From: an uncultured Methylomirabilota bacterium
GTDB lineage: Bacteria; Methylomirabilota; Methylomirabilia; Methylomirabilales; 2-02-FULL-66-22
NCBI GenBank assembly: GCA_963845565.1
Contig: CAWJSJ010000002.1
Coordinates: 416,001-480,000, forward strand
Direction: 5' to 3'
Length of the DNA stretch: 64,000 nt
Part shown: piece by piece, positions 21,053-30,715 of the stretch
How the letters are laid out: each line of letters opens with the position of its first letter
Numbering within the stretch: position 1 is the stretch's first letter
The notes under the pieces: model-generated
Databases searched by the model: none
What the model was told of the DNA's origin: nothing
The model's input: the letters and a program-made list of their open reading frames with translations, nothing else
Translations under genes and position numbers: made by a program

Positions 21053-21154
21053 GCCGTTGTCAACGAATAACGTGACCGGAGAAATTCGGGAACGGCATAA
21101 GGAGCCGTAACGAAATCGCAAACAATGGACCCGTGATTTCGTAACGGCTCCTAA
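21050..21154 (-). mobile_element. TTA/TAA-flanked MITE/REPIN-like element (inverted copy)
   Basis: Reverse complement carries arms GGAGCCGTTACGAAAT / ATTTCGTTACGGCTCC and terminal TTGACAACGGC, as at 22044 and 45772. Confidence 0.85.
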
Positions 21155-21211
21155 GCACGCGGCGGGCGCGAGCACGCCCGGTACCCAGGGTTGCCCACAC
21201 GGAGCAAGCCA

Positions 21212-22006
21212 ATGCGAACGCGCAAGCTGGAACTGTTGCGACCAGAAGAGATCCTGGACGAGATGCAGCGGTGCCCGGCGGTCTATCTGCCGCTGGCGCC
21301 GCTCGAGTGGCACGGGCCGCACCTGCCCTACGGCGTGGACCCGCTGATCGCGTCCGCGCTGGCCGTCCGCCTGGCGGATCGGTTGGGCGGGCTCGTGCAC
21401 CCGTGCCTGCCCCTGGGAAGCGAGCGGGAGCGGGACCCCGCGACGCTCCAGAATCTTGGGTTCGACGGCAGCGAATGGATCGTCGGGATGGATTTCCCCG
21501 CGAACAGCCTGCCGAGCCTCTACCTGCCCGAGGAGGTCCTGGCCATCGTGGTCCGCCACCAGATCGTGCTGCTCGCCAGGATGGGCTTTCGCCATGTCGT
21601 CCTGGTGAATGGTCACGGGGGCCGAAATCACGTCGCCGCACTCAAGCGGATCGCCGCCGAGTTCTCGGCCGAGGGTCGGTGCCAGGTCCACTACGTCTTC
21701 ACGTTCCCCGAGGGCGCGGGGACCTGGTCGCGGCGCCACCACGCCTCGACCGATGAGACGGCAGTGATGATGTATCTTCAGCCAGAGACGGTGCGAACGG
21801 CGGCGCTGCCGCCGCCGGGCCAGCCGATCCGGGCGAAGGACTTCGCCGTGGTGGATGACGATGCCTTCTCGGGCAAGACGCTGCCGAAGGGCACCCTCAC
21901 GGAGGATCCGCGGACCGCGACGGCCGCTCTGGGCGAGGACCATTTGGCCGCGGCGGTCGAGGCGGCCGTCGCCCTGCTTGGGGACCGACTGGCCTCTTCC
22001 GCGTGA
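21212..22006 (+). CDS. Creatininase / creatinine amidohydrolase family protein
   Basis: PLEWHGPHLPYGVD, LVNGHGGRN, HHASTDETAVM. Confidence 0.9.
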   Translation: MRTRKLELLRPEEILDEMQRCPAVYLPLAPLEWHGPHLPYGVDPLIASALAVRLADRLGGLVHPCLPLGSERERDPATLQNLGFDGSEWIVGMDFPANSLPSLYLPEEVLAIVVRHQIVLLARMGFRHVVLVNGHGGRNHVAALKRIAAEFSAEGRCQVHYVFTFPEGAGTWSRRHHASTDETAVMMYLQPETVRTAALPPPGQPIRAKDFAVVDDDAFSGKTLPKGTLTEDPRTATAALGEDHLAAAVEAAVALLGDRLASSA

Positions 22007-22043
22007 ACCGCGGCTTGGCTTCCTGGGGAAGCCGGACTCATTC

Positions 22044-22147
22044 TTAGGAGCCGTTACGAAATAACCTATACATCTCTTTCTATTTCGTTACGGCTCCTTA
22101 TGCCGTTTCGGAATGTCTCCGCTCAACTAATTTTTTGACAACGGCTT
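22044..22147 (+). mobile_element. TTA-flanked MITE/REPIN-like element
   Basis: Nearly identical (2 internal mismatches) to 45772-45876. Confidence 0.85.
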
Positions 22148-22183
22148 GCGAGGATTGCGACCCGCCGACCAACGGGAGGAACC

Positions 22184-23317
22184 ATGGCCAACATGACCCA
22201 TCGAGAACGAGTCTTGGCGGCATTGAACCATCGGCAACCGGATCGCGTACCGCTGGACCTCGGCGCCACCCGCTCCACATCCATCGTCGTCCAGGCCTAC
22301 GAGCGGCTCAACCGCCACCTGGGCTCGACCGAGCCGCCGCGCATCTTCAGCAAGTGGCTGAACATCGCCCACCCGAGCCAGGCCATGCTCCAGCGCTTCG
22401 ACATCGACACCCGGAGCGTGGGCCAGGGCCCCCCCGACAACTGGCAGGACATCGTCTTCGCCGACGGCTCATACCAGGACGAATGGGGCGTGGTGCGCAG
22501 CCGCCCGGCGGGGTGCCTGTACTACGACCTGACCAAGTCCCCCTTTGCGGGAGAGGCGAGCGTGGCGGACCTGGACAGGCACCCCTGGCCCGACCCCCAC
22601 GACCCCGGTCGCTGCCGCGGCCTGAAGGAGGAGGCCCGGCGGCTGCGCCAGGAAACGGACTACGCCATCGCCCTCAACATGCCCGGCGGGGTGGTGACCC
22701 AGGCGCAGTTCCTGCGCGGTTTCGAGGACTGGTTCGCCGATCTCATCGCCGACCCCACCTTCTATCACGCCCTCCTGGAGCGGATCACCGACCTCTGGAT
22801 CGAGATGGCCAAGGACGAGCTCGACGCCGCAGGAGACTGCGCGGACTTCTGCTTCTTCGGGGACGACGTGGCCTTCCAGGACGGGCCCATGATGTCCATG
22901 GAGCTGTACCGGAAGATGGTGAAGCCCTATCACGCGCGGGTCTTCTCCTACCTCAAGTCCCGCTCGTCGGCCAAGATCCTCTACCACACCTGCGGCTCAG
23001 TCGCGCACCTCATCCCCGACCTGATCGAGCTGGGCGTGGACGCCCTCAACCCCATCCAGGTCTCCGCCAAGGGGATGGACACGAAGACCCTGAAGCGGGA
23101 GTTCGGCAAGGATATCTGCTTCTGGGGCGGCATTGACACGCAGCGGGTGCTGCCCTTCGGATCCGTCCAGGACGTGCAGGTTGAGGTCCGGCGGCGGGTC
23201 GAGGACCTGGGGCCGGACGGCTATTGCGTCTGCGCCGTGCACAACCTCCAGGCCGATGTCTCCCCCGAGAACATCTGCGCGATGTACGACGCCGCCCGGG
23301 AATACGGGCAGGCGTGA
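22184..23317 (+). CDS. Uroporphyrinogen decarboxylase / MtaA-CmuA methyltransferase family protein
   Basis: MTHRERVLAALNHRQPDRVP, DEWG, LRGFEDW, GDDVAFQ, YHTCG, LNPIQ, FWGGIDTQ, HNLQADV. Confidence 0.9.
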   Translation: MANMTHRERVLAALNHRQPDRVPLDLGATRSTSIVVQAYERLNRHLGSTEPPRIFSKWLNIAHPSQAMLQRFDIDTRSVGQGPPDNWQDIVFADGSYQDEWGVVRSRPAGCLYYDLTKSPFAGEASVADLDRHPWPDPHDPGRCRGLKEEARRLRQETDYAIALNMPGGVVTQAQFLRGFEDWFADLIADPTFYHALLERITDLWIEMAKDELDAAGDCADFCFFGDDVAFQDGPMMSMELYRKMVKPYHARVFSYLKSRSSAKILYHTCGSVAHLIPDLIELGVDALNPIQVSAKGMDTKTLKREFGKDICFWGGIDTQRVLPFGSVQDVQVEVRRRVEDLGPDGYCVCAVHNLQADVSPENICAMYDAAREYGQA

Positions 23318-23354
23318 CCCAGGCCGAGAGCCGGAGTCATTCATCCCGTGAATT

Positions 23355-23430
23355 TCTTGTGCGTCTTGTGCTTCTTGTGGCTAATGAGCGTTTCCCTCGT
23401 GCCATCTGTGAAATCTGCGCAATCCGTGGT
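23355..23430. repeat. Two adjacent tracts of 9-bp periodic repeats
   Basis: TCTTGTGCG-TCTTGTGCT-TCTTGTGGC and ATCTGTGAA-ATCTGCGCA-ATCCGTGGT. Confidence 0.7.
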
Positions 23431-23515
23431 TTCGTGGATTCCGCGGCGTCTCGGCGGATCACGGTCTTCGGGTTCGGGCGGGTCATCCGCGAGACGCTGA
23501 AGGGGGACGGAGAAC

Positions 23516-24160
23516 ATGTCGGATCGTGATCTCGTGCAGGCACGCGTGCGGGAGCTGGCGGGGCGGGACTGGGATCTCGGAAGCATCGAGGCGCGCTACC
23601 GGACGCTCCTGGCCGAGGGAATCCCCCTGCGGCGGCTCGACCGGCAGGTCGTTCTCTCCTGGCAGGCCGAGCTCCTGGACCGGGTCCAGCGCCGGGCCGA
23701 GGAGTACGAATACCTCACCCACAGCTGAGCCCGCGGGGCCGCTCTTCCCGTGATGGAAGAGTTCGGGCTGGGGAGCATGGCGATGCTCAAGGGCCTCTCT
23801 CCGTTTCCCGGCTTCGGCGCCACCGGGTCGGTTTGCGGCGCGGTGGGCGGAGGACTGTTCGTCCTCGGCCTCTATTTCGGAAGCGATGATCCGACGGATT
23901 ACCGGGCCACGGGCGCGGCCATGACCGCCGCCCGGGATTTCATCTCGCGCTTCGAGGCGGTCCTCGCCTCGACCCTCTGCCCCAAGATTCAGGAAGACAT
24001 GATCTTCGGCCGCTACATGGACGCCCGGGCCAGCCGGGAGAACTTCGAGGCCTTCCAGCGCGAGCTGGGTTACGCCAAGTGCGCCCTCCCCGCCGGCGTC
24101 GGGGCCCGCCTCGCGGCCGAGATCATCATCGAGAGCATGGAGGGAAACCGCTCCCGGTAG
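23516..24160 (+). CDS. C-GCAxxG-C-C family putative redox-active selenoprotein (214 aa, Sec at TGA 23726-23728)
   Basis: ORFs 23516-23728 and 23750-24160 are in the same frame; the TGA falls where the family's first Cys is expected (THS-U-ARG); downstream VCGAVGG, LCPKI and KCA; SECIS-like hairpin follows the TGA. Confidence 0.82.
23729..23768 (+). promoter_or_regulatory. Candidate bacterial SECIS element
   Basis: Stem GCTCTTCC/GGAAGAGT, loop CGTGAT (G second, then U) starting 20 nt after the UGA; lower stem GCCCG/CGGGC. Confidence 0.7.
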
Positions 24161-24262
24161 ATTCATGTTGCTGCCTGCTCCGTGCGTTTCTCCTGAGCTT
24201 CCGCCGCAGATCCTGGCGCGTGCGCAGGGTCGCGACGGCCTGCCGAGGCCCGGGGCGGGGCG

Positions 24263-25261
24263 TTAGGGCGTGACGATGCCCTTGAGGTATCCCGGCGGCG
24301 GAGTGACGAGCGCCTGGAACCCCTTCGCCGTCTCCTCCAGCGAGTAGCGGTGCGTGATCAACCGCTCCAGCGGGTAGAGGCCTCCGGCGACGGCCTGCAT
24401 GGCGATCTCCATGTCCCGCCGCTGGTCCGGCGAATACTCCGGGTGCAGGCTGAGGATCACGGGCGCCCGGGGACCCCACAGGCTGAGGTCGTAGACGTCC
24501 GGCACCGCATGGTAACCATACAGGACGACGACGCCGGGAGGGGGGCCGGTGCGGATGACCTGACTGGTCAGGGTCACGCCGGCAGGCTTCCCGATCCCCT
24601 CGAAGGCCACGTCGCACATCCGGCCGCGGGTGATCGACCTCACCTCCTGGATGACGTCGGTTCGACGGGGGTTCACGGCGGCCGTCGCCCCCAGCGTCTT
24701 CGCCAGCTCCAGCCGGTCGTCCAGCACGTCGCAGGCGATGATCTCCCCCAGGCCCCGGGAGGCGAGATTGGCGATCACCACGAGCCCCATGAAGCCGCAG
24801 CCGGCCACGAAGGCATGGTCGCCGAACCTGATCTGCGAGTAGCGGACGATGCTGGCGCAGCACTTGAGCGGCTCCCCGAGGCAGAGCTCCAGCGGGAGCG
24901 TCTCCGGAACCTTGACCACCTCCGTGAAGAATTCCTGACTGGCGAAATCGACGGTGGCGTACTCGGCGAAGCTCTTCCGGAATCCGAGACCGGTCACGCG
25001 ATCGCCGGGCGCGAAACCGTGCACGGCGCGTCCCACCTCCGTCACGACGCCCGCGGGCTCGTGGCCCAGCATCAGGGGATAGCTGACCGGCTGCCCGGTC
25101 CACATGGTTCCCGTGCCCAGGTATCGGCCCAGTTCGCTGTGGCACAGTCCGCAGGCTGTGATTCGGACCCGCATCTGGGTGGGAGAGAGTGCGGGGAGCT
25201 CGATCTCCTGGATCTCCATCCGTGCCGGTCCGACCACGACCGCCGCCTTCGTCTTCATCAT
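24263..25261 (-). CDS. Zn-dependent alcohol/threonine dehydrogenase-like MDR
   Basis: CGLCHSE, LGHEPAG, GDRV, VAGCGFMGL, ITHRY; AAGGAGG RBS. Confidence 0.9.
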   Translation of the reverse strand: MMKTKAAVVVGPARMEIQEIELPALSPTQMRVRITACGLCHSELGRYLGTGTMWTGQPVSYPLMLGHEPAGVVTEVGRAVHGFAPGDRVTGLGFRKSFAEYATVDFASQEFFTEVVKVPETLPLELCLGEPLKCCASIVRYSQIRFGDHAFVAGCGFMGLVVIANLASRGLGEIIACDVLDDRLELAKTLGATAAVNPRRTDVIQEVRSITRGRMCDVAFEGIGKPAGVTLTSQVIRTGPPPGVVVLYGYHAVPDVYDLSLWGPRAPVILSLHPEYSPDQRRDMEIAMQAVAGGLYPLERLITHRYSLEETAKGFQALVTPPPGYLKGIVTP

Positions 25262-25339
25262 TCCTCCTTGCTTGAGCAGACCAGCGTCCAGAACCGCCAC
25301 CCTCCAAGCGTCGGTTAGCCGACTACTCCCGGGTCGCGG

Positions 25340-26323
<984 letters not shown>

Positions 26324-26498
26324 GGGTCCTCCTCGGGCGATCGCCCGCGCGGGCTTGTCCTCGTGCACGACGCTATGTATAAGGGGGCGCTTGCATTGTC
26401 AAGGGCAAAGGGGTAGAGAGAACATGGCGCCGTCATCTCGAGGCATCCGGTTCGAATTGTCGTAGGGGTGTTTTTTGCATCGCATGAATGGAGGGCGC

Positions 26499-27284
26499 AT
26501 GAACATCGTCGATAGCTTTCGACTGGATGGCCGCGTGGCGCTGGTCACGGGGGCGGGCAAGGGGATCGGCGAAGGGATCGCGATCGGCCTGGCCGAGGCG
26601 GGGGCCGATCTCGCGCTGCTGGCTCGAACCCGCTCGGATCTCGATCGCGTGGCGGATCGGGTGCGCGCGCTCGGTCGGCGGGCGCTCGTAGTTCCCTGCG
26701 ATGTGGGGGACGTCGCGGCGATTCCCTCCGCGGTCCAGCAGATCGTGGACGGCTTCGGACGGCTCGACATCCTGGTCAACTGCGCCGGCATCCAGCGCCG
26801 CATGACCGTCCTGGAGGCCACCGTCGAGGGCTGGGAGCAGGTGATCAACACCAATCTGCGTAGCGTTTACTTCATGACCCAAGCGGCCGGCAAGGTCATG
26901 GTCGGGCAGCGGCGCGGCAAGGTCATCAGCATCTCCTCCATGACGGCCTACCGCGGTTTCCATATGATCTCGCCCTACGGGATCTCCAAGGCGAGCATCG
27001 CCAATTTCACCAAATACCTCGCGGTGGAGTGGGCTCCCCACAACATCCAGGCAAATGCGATCGCCCCCGGCTGGATCGAGACCCCCATGACCGCCCAGAT
27101 GGGTGCCGAACGCGTCCAGTGGGTTCGCGAGCACGTCCCCCAGGGGAAGTTCGGCCAACCGCGTGACGTCGCCGGCCTGGCGGTTTTCCTTGCCAGCCCA
27201 GCCTCGGACTACATCACCGGCCAAACCATCCCAGTGGATGGCGGCTTCCTGGCCGGAAATCCGTGGCCGACGGCACAAACCTAA
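26499..27284 (+). CDS. SDR family oxidoreductase (KduD / gluconate 5-dehydrogenase-like)
   Basis: TGAGKGIG, LVNCAG, YGISK catalytic motif, NAIAPGWIET, VDGG. Confidence 0.92.
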   Translation: MNIVDSFRLDGRVALVTGAGKGIGEGIAIGLAEAGADLALLARTRSDLDRVADRVRALGRRALVVPCDVGDVAAIPSAVQQIVDGFGRLDILVNCAGIQRRMTVLEATVEGWEQVINTNLRSVYFMTQAAGKVMVGQRRGKVISISSMTAYRGFHMISPYGISKASIANFTKYLAVEWAPHNIQANAIAPGWIETPMTAQMGAERVQWVREHVPQGKFGQPRDVAGLAVFLASPASDYITGQTIPVDGGFLAGNPWPTAQT

Positions 27285-27544
27285 CCCGGTGTGGTTCGGA
27301 TCGTCTCTCGGAGTCGCTGGGTAATCCGGTTGACGTCTTCCGCCTTTCGGTTGAAAACCTCCGCGGTGGGTTGGAGGCCGTCCACCTGGGCCTCACCCAG
27401 CAACTCGTCCACCAGCCCCTGCACCGCCGGCGGGAGCTCATCCCGGTTCCGGCGCAGGAAGCCCAGCGTGCGATCGAGCCCCTGGCGGCTCTGGCCCATC
27501 ATCTCCCGCGCCTGCTCCAACTCCTGCGGCGCCTGCGTCCACAT
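27281..27544 (-). CDS. Hypothetical helical protein or gene remnant (87 aa)
   Basis: Amphipathic protein-like composition; fills the gap after dctM; no RBS evident. Confidence 0.35.
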   Translation of the reverse strand: MWTQAPQELEQAREMMGQSRQGLDRTLGFLRRNRDELPPAVQGLVDELLGEAQVDGLQPTAEVFNRKAEDVNRITQRLRETIRTTPG

Positions 27545-27613
27545 GGCGATCCTGGCGGCGATCAGCCACAGGAAGTCGGATCTCCGCCCGGGACACCCCC
27601 GCCCGCGATCCGC

Positions 27614-28891
27614 CTACTGCAGGAACAGCTTCGGTAGGACCAGGGTGAACCAGGGGATGTAGGTGATCACCAGGAGTCCCAGAAACAGGATCACAAGGTA
27701 CGGGGCCATGAACTTGGTGGAGTCCACGATGTTGAGCTTGGCGATGGCGCAGGCGATGAAGAGGGCCACGCCGATGGGCGGCAGGAACACCCCGATCCCG
27801 ATGGAGGCAATGATCAGGATCCCGTAATGCAGCGGGTCGATCCCGAACTGCATGGCGATGGGGTACATCACCGGGACGAAAACGATCATCGCCGGGAGCC
27901 CCTCCAGGACGGCCCCAAATACGACGAAGATGATATTACTGAGTAGCAGGAAGAACCAGGGCGAGCTCGAGATGCCCATCACCAGCGTGGCGATGCCCTG
28001 CGGCACCCGCTCCACGGTCATGACCCAGGAAAAGGCGGTGGCGCAGCCGATGAGGAGCATGCACATGGCGGTGTTGACGGTGCTGGCCAGGATGATCTTG
28101 GGCAGGTCTGCGACCGCGATCCGTTTGTAGATGGCCATCCCGACGAAGGCGGAATAGAGCACCGCGATGACGGCCGCTTCGGTGACGGTGGTGATCCCGC
28201 CGAAGATCGCCCCGAAGATGATCCCGGGCATCACCATGGCGATCACGCCGTCCCCGATGGCGCGCCAGCGCTCCGCCCAGGAGGCCTTGGCTTCCCGCGG
28301 GATGCCGAGCTGGCCGGCTTTCCAGTAGATGTAGCCCCCCAGTCCCAACCCAATGACGATGGCCGGCAGGAACCCGGCCACGAACATCGCCCCGATGGAC
28401 TGGTTGGTCATGCTGGCCAGGACGATCATGAAGATGCACGGGGGCACCAGGATGCCCATGGCCGTGGCCGCGCTGATGATGGCGACGGCCTCGCCCTTCT
28501 TGTAGCCCGCCCGCTCCATGGGGGCGATGAGCAGCGACCCGATGGCCGAGATGTCGGCGGCGGTGGAGCCCGAGATGCCGGAGAACAGGTACTCCCCCAC
28601 CAGCACCACCAAGCCCAGCCCGCCCCTGATGTGCCCGACCATGACCTTGGCCAGGTGCACCAATTTCTCGGAGATGCCCGCCCGCTCCATCAATTCGCCC
28701 GCCAGGATGAAGAAGGGGATGGCCATGAGCGGGAACGAGTCCATGCCCGAGACCATCTGGGTGACGACTGCGTTGATGGGCGCCTTCCCGCCCCACAGGA
28801 TGGCGACGGCGGCGGCCAGGCCCATGGCGATCGAGACGGGGGTGGCGATGGCCACGAGGGCGACGAACGCGACGACCAACGGAACGATCAT
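27614..28891 (-). CDS. dctM: TRAP transporter large permease
   Basis: SFPLMAIPFFILAGELM, GGLG, GISGSTAAD, LVPPC, GIDPLHYG, PPIG. Confidence 0.93.
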   Translation of the reverse strand: MIVPLVVAFVALVAIATPVSIAMGLAAAVAILWGGKAPINAVVTQMVSGMDSFPLMAIPFFILAGELMERAGISEKLVHLAKVMVGHIRGGLGLVVLVGEYLFSGISGSTAADISAIGSLLIAPMERAGYKKGEAVAIISAATAMGILVPPCIFMIVLASMTNQSIGAMFVAGFLPAIVIGLGLGGYIYWKAGQLGIPREAKASWAERWRAIGDGVIAMVMPGIIFGAIFGGITTVTEAAVIAVLYSAFVGMAIYKRIAVADLPKIILASTVNTAMCMLLIGCATAFSWVMTVERVPQGIATLVMGISSSPWFFLLLSNIIFVVFGAVLEGLPAMIVFVPVMYPIAMQFGIDPLHYGILIIASIGIGVFLPPIGVALFIACAIAKLNIVDSTKFMAPYLVILFLGLLVITYIPWFTLVLPKLFLQ

Positions 28892-29373
28892 GCGGTCCTC
28901 CCCGCTCGCATCGCGGCCCAGGTGCGGGCCACGAGCCTGAGGGTCTCCACGCCGATGAGGATGCATCCGACGGGGGCGGCGATGTAGACCCAACTCATGG
29001 GGATGTCCGTGGCAGTCGCCCGCGTCTCGCTGGTCAGCTCGATGACCGGGAGGCTGGCCCAGAAGACCACGCCCAGAAAGACGAGCACGCAGCCCTGCGC
29101 CATCAGCGCCAGCCGGTGGTGCCAGGCGGGCGACACGTAGCGCAAGAGCAGGTCCACCGCGATGTGGGCCTTGTGGCGCATGGTGATCGAGGCCCCCACG
29201 AAGGCCAGCCAGATGAAGAGATACCGGTCGGCTTCCTCCGCCCAGGGCAAGGCGTTGTTCAGCACGTACCGAAAGAAGACCCCCAGCGTCGTGACCGTGA
29301 CCATGGCGCCGAACAACCCCACGGCTGTCCAGTTGACGATGCCCTCGTAGATCGGCCAGATGCGCTGTCCCAT
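28888..29373 (-). CDS. dctQ: TRAP transporter small permease
   Basis: VFFRYV, PWAEEADRYLFIW, HIAVD; four TM segments. Confidence 0.9.
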   Translation of the reverse strand: MGQRIWPIYEGIVNWTAVGLFGAMVTVTTLGVFFRYVLNNALPWAEEADRYLFIWLAFVGASITMRHKAHIAVDLLLRYVSPAWHHRLALMAQGCVLVFLGVVFWASLPVIELTSETRATATDIPMSWVYIAAPVGCILIGVETLRLVARTWAAMRAGRTA

Positions 29374-29471
29374 GTGTCCGCCTGATGCAGCGACGGGGCG
29401 CCGTGCGAGCGTTGATTTCGCTCGGCTCCGCCGTTTCAGCATCTCCGCGTCTCGCGGCTTGCCGCGCGGCG

Positions 29472-30512
29472 CTACGCCTCGCGGATCTTCTTGATCAAGT
29501 CGTTCCCCGCGTACTTGTCTCCCCACTCCTTGTAGAAGGGCTCGACCGCCTTCTGGAAGGCGACGCGATCGGGGCCCGTGAACGTCATCCCGGCGTCCTT
29601 CAGCTTCTGCTCGAAGGCCTTCTCGCTGATCGGGGCCTCCTTGCGCTGCCACTCCAAGGACTCCTTGCCTCCCTCCACGATGGCCTGCTGCACGTTCTTG
29701 GACAGCTTGGCGAACCAGCGCTCGCTGCACAGGAACGGGTTGGGGCAGAAGATGTGGCCCGTGTAGGCGGCGAACTTCGTCTGCTCGTGGAGCTTGGCGT
29801 TGAAGGCCGCCTCGCACTTGTTCTCGAAGCCCTCCACCACACCCATTTGCAGGGCGGTGTACAGCTCGCCCCACGGCACCGGGGTGGGGTTCGCCCCGAG
29901 GAACTGCATGCAGCGGACGTAGTTCTGCGCCTCGGGGACGCGGATCTTCAGGCCCTTCATGTCAGCGAGGCTGTTGATGGCCTTGGTCTTGGTGAAGATC
30001 TTGCGGAAGGTGGTGTCGTACACGGCGACGGTCCGCACCTTGGCCTTGTCCATGAGCTGCTTCTCTAGGTCCTGCCCGATCGGCCCGTCGAAGACTTTGT
30101 GGACGTGGTCCAGGTCGCGGAAGATGAAGGGCAGCTCGGTGCCGGCGTACTGCGGGACCATCATGGCCGGCGTCACGGTATCCCAGTTCCCGCCCTCAAG
30201 GTTGCCGAGTTGCATGCTTTCCCAGGTGACGCGGAGGCTTCCCAGGGCCGAGGTGGGGTAGATCTGCACTTCCAGCTCTCCGCCCGCCTTCTTCTCGGCG
30301 ATCTCCTTGAACTTGGTCGTCGCGCGGTGGATGATGTCCGCCTCGGTGAGGACGTGGGCCACCTTCATCGTCACCTTGGCGGCATTCGCCCCGCGCGGCC
30401 ACACGGCCGGTCCCACCGCAGCGGCGGCACCTGCCAGGGCAAGAAAACGACGCCGGGACAGCCCGTTATCGGGCCGAGCCAACGACTTGGACTTCCTCGG
30501 TGATGCGCCCAT
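29472..30512 (-). CDS. dctP: TRAP substrate-binding protein with Tat signal
   Basis: SRRRFL signal; IYPTSALG, LPFIF, MKGLKIRV, PWGELYTALQMGVVEGFEN. Confidence 0.93.
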   Translation of the reverse strand: MGASPRKSKSLARPDNGLSRRRFLALAGAAAAVGPAVWPRGANAAKVTMKVAHVLTEADIIHRATTKFKEIAEKKAGGELEVQIYPTSALGSLRVTWESMQLGNLEGGNWDTVTPAMMVPQYAGTELPFIFRDLDHVHKVFDGPIGQDLEKQLMDKAKVRTVAVYDTTFRKIFTKTKAINSLADMKGLKIRVPEAQNYVRCMQFLGANPTPVPWGELYTALQMGVVEGFENKCEAAFNAKLHEQTKFAAYTGHIFCPNPFLCSERWFAKLSKNVQQAIVEGGKESLEWQRKEAPISEKAFEQKLKDAGMTFTGPDRVAFQKAVEPFYKEWGDKYAGNDLIKKIREA

Positions 30513-30715
30513 GGTCACCCTCCTTTGTTATCCCCGTGAGAGACGCCCCCCCTCAGACCGGTGAGCGGCGGCGGCCGGACCTGCCCATTCGCCGGCGCGC
30601 CGACCGGCGGATGGACCACGATGAGAATGTATCGGACCCTACCAGCACCTCGGAGCCCGTGTCAACGCGTCGCCGGCGCATGACCGCAGAACCGTACTAC
30701 CGCGGGGAGCCGGCG

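Noticed and set aside
21050..22147. CRISPR-like repeat-spacer reading of the GGAGCCGTTACGAAAT units
   Set aside because: Arms are inverted, copies are dispersed rather than arrayed, two loops are identical, and no cas genes are present.
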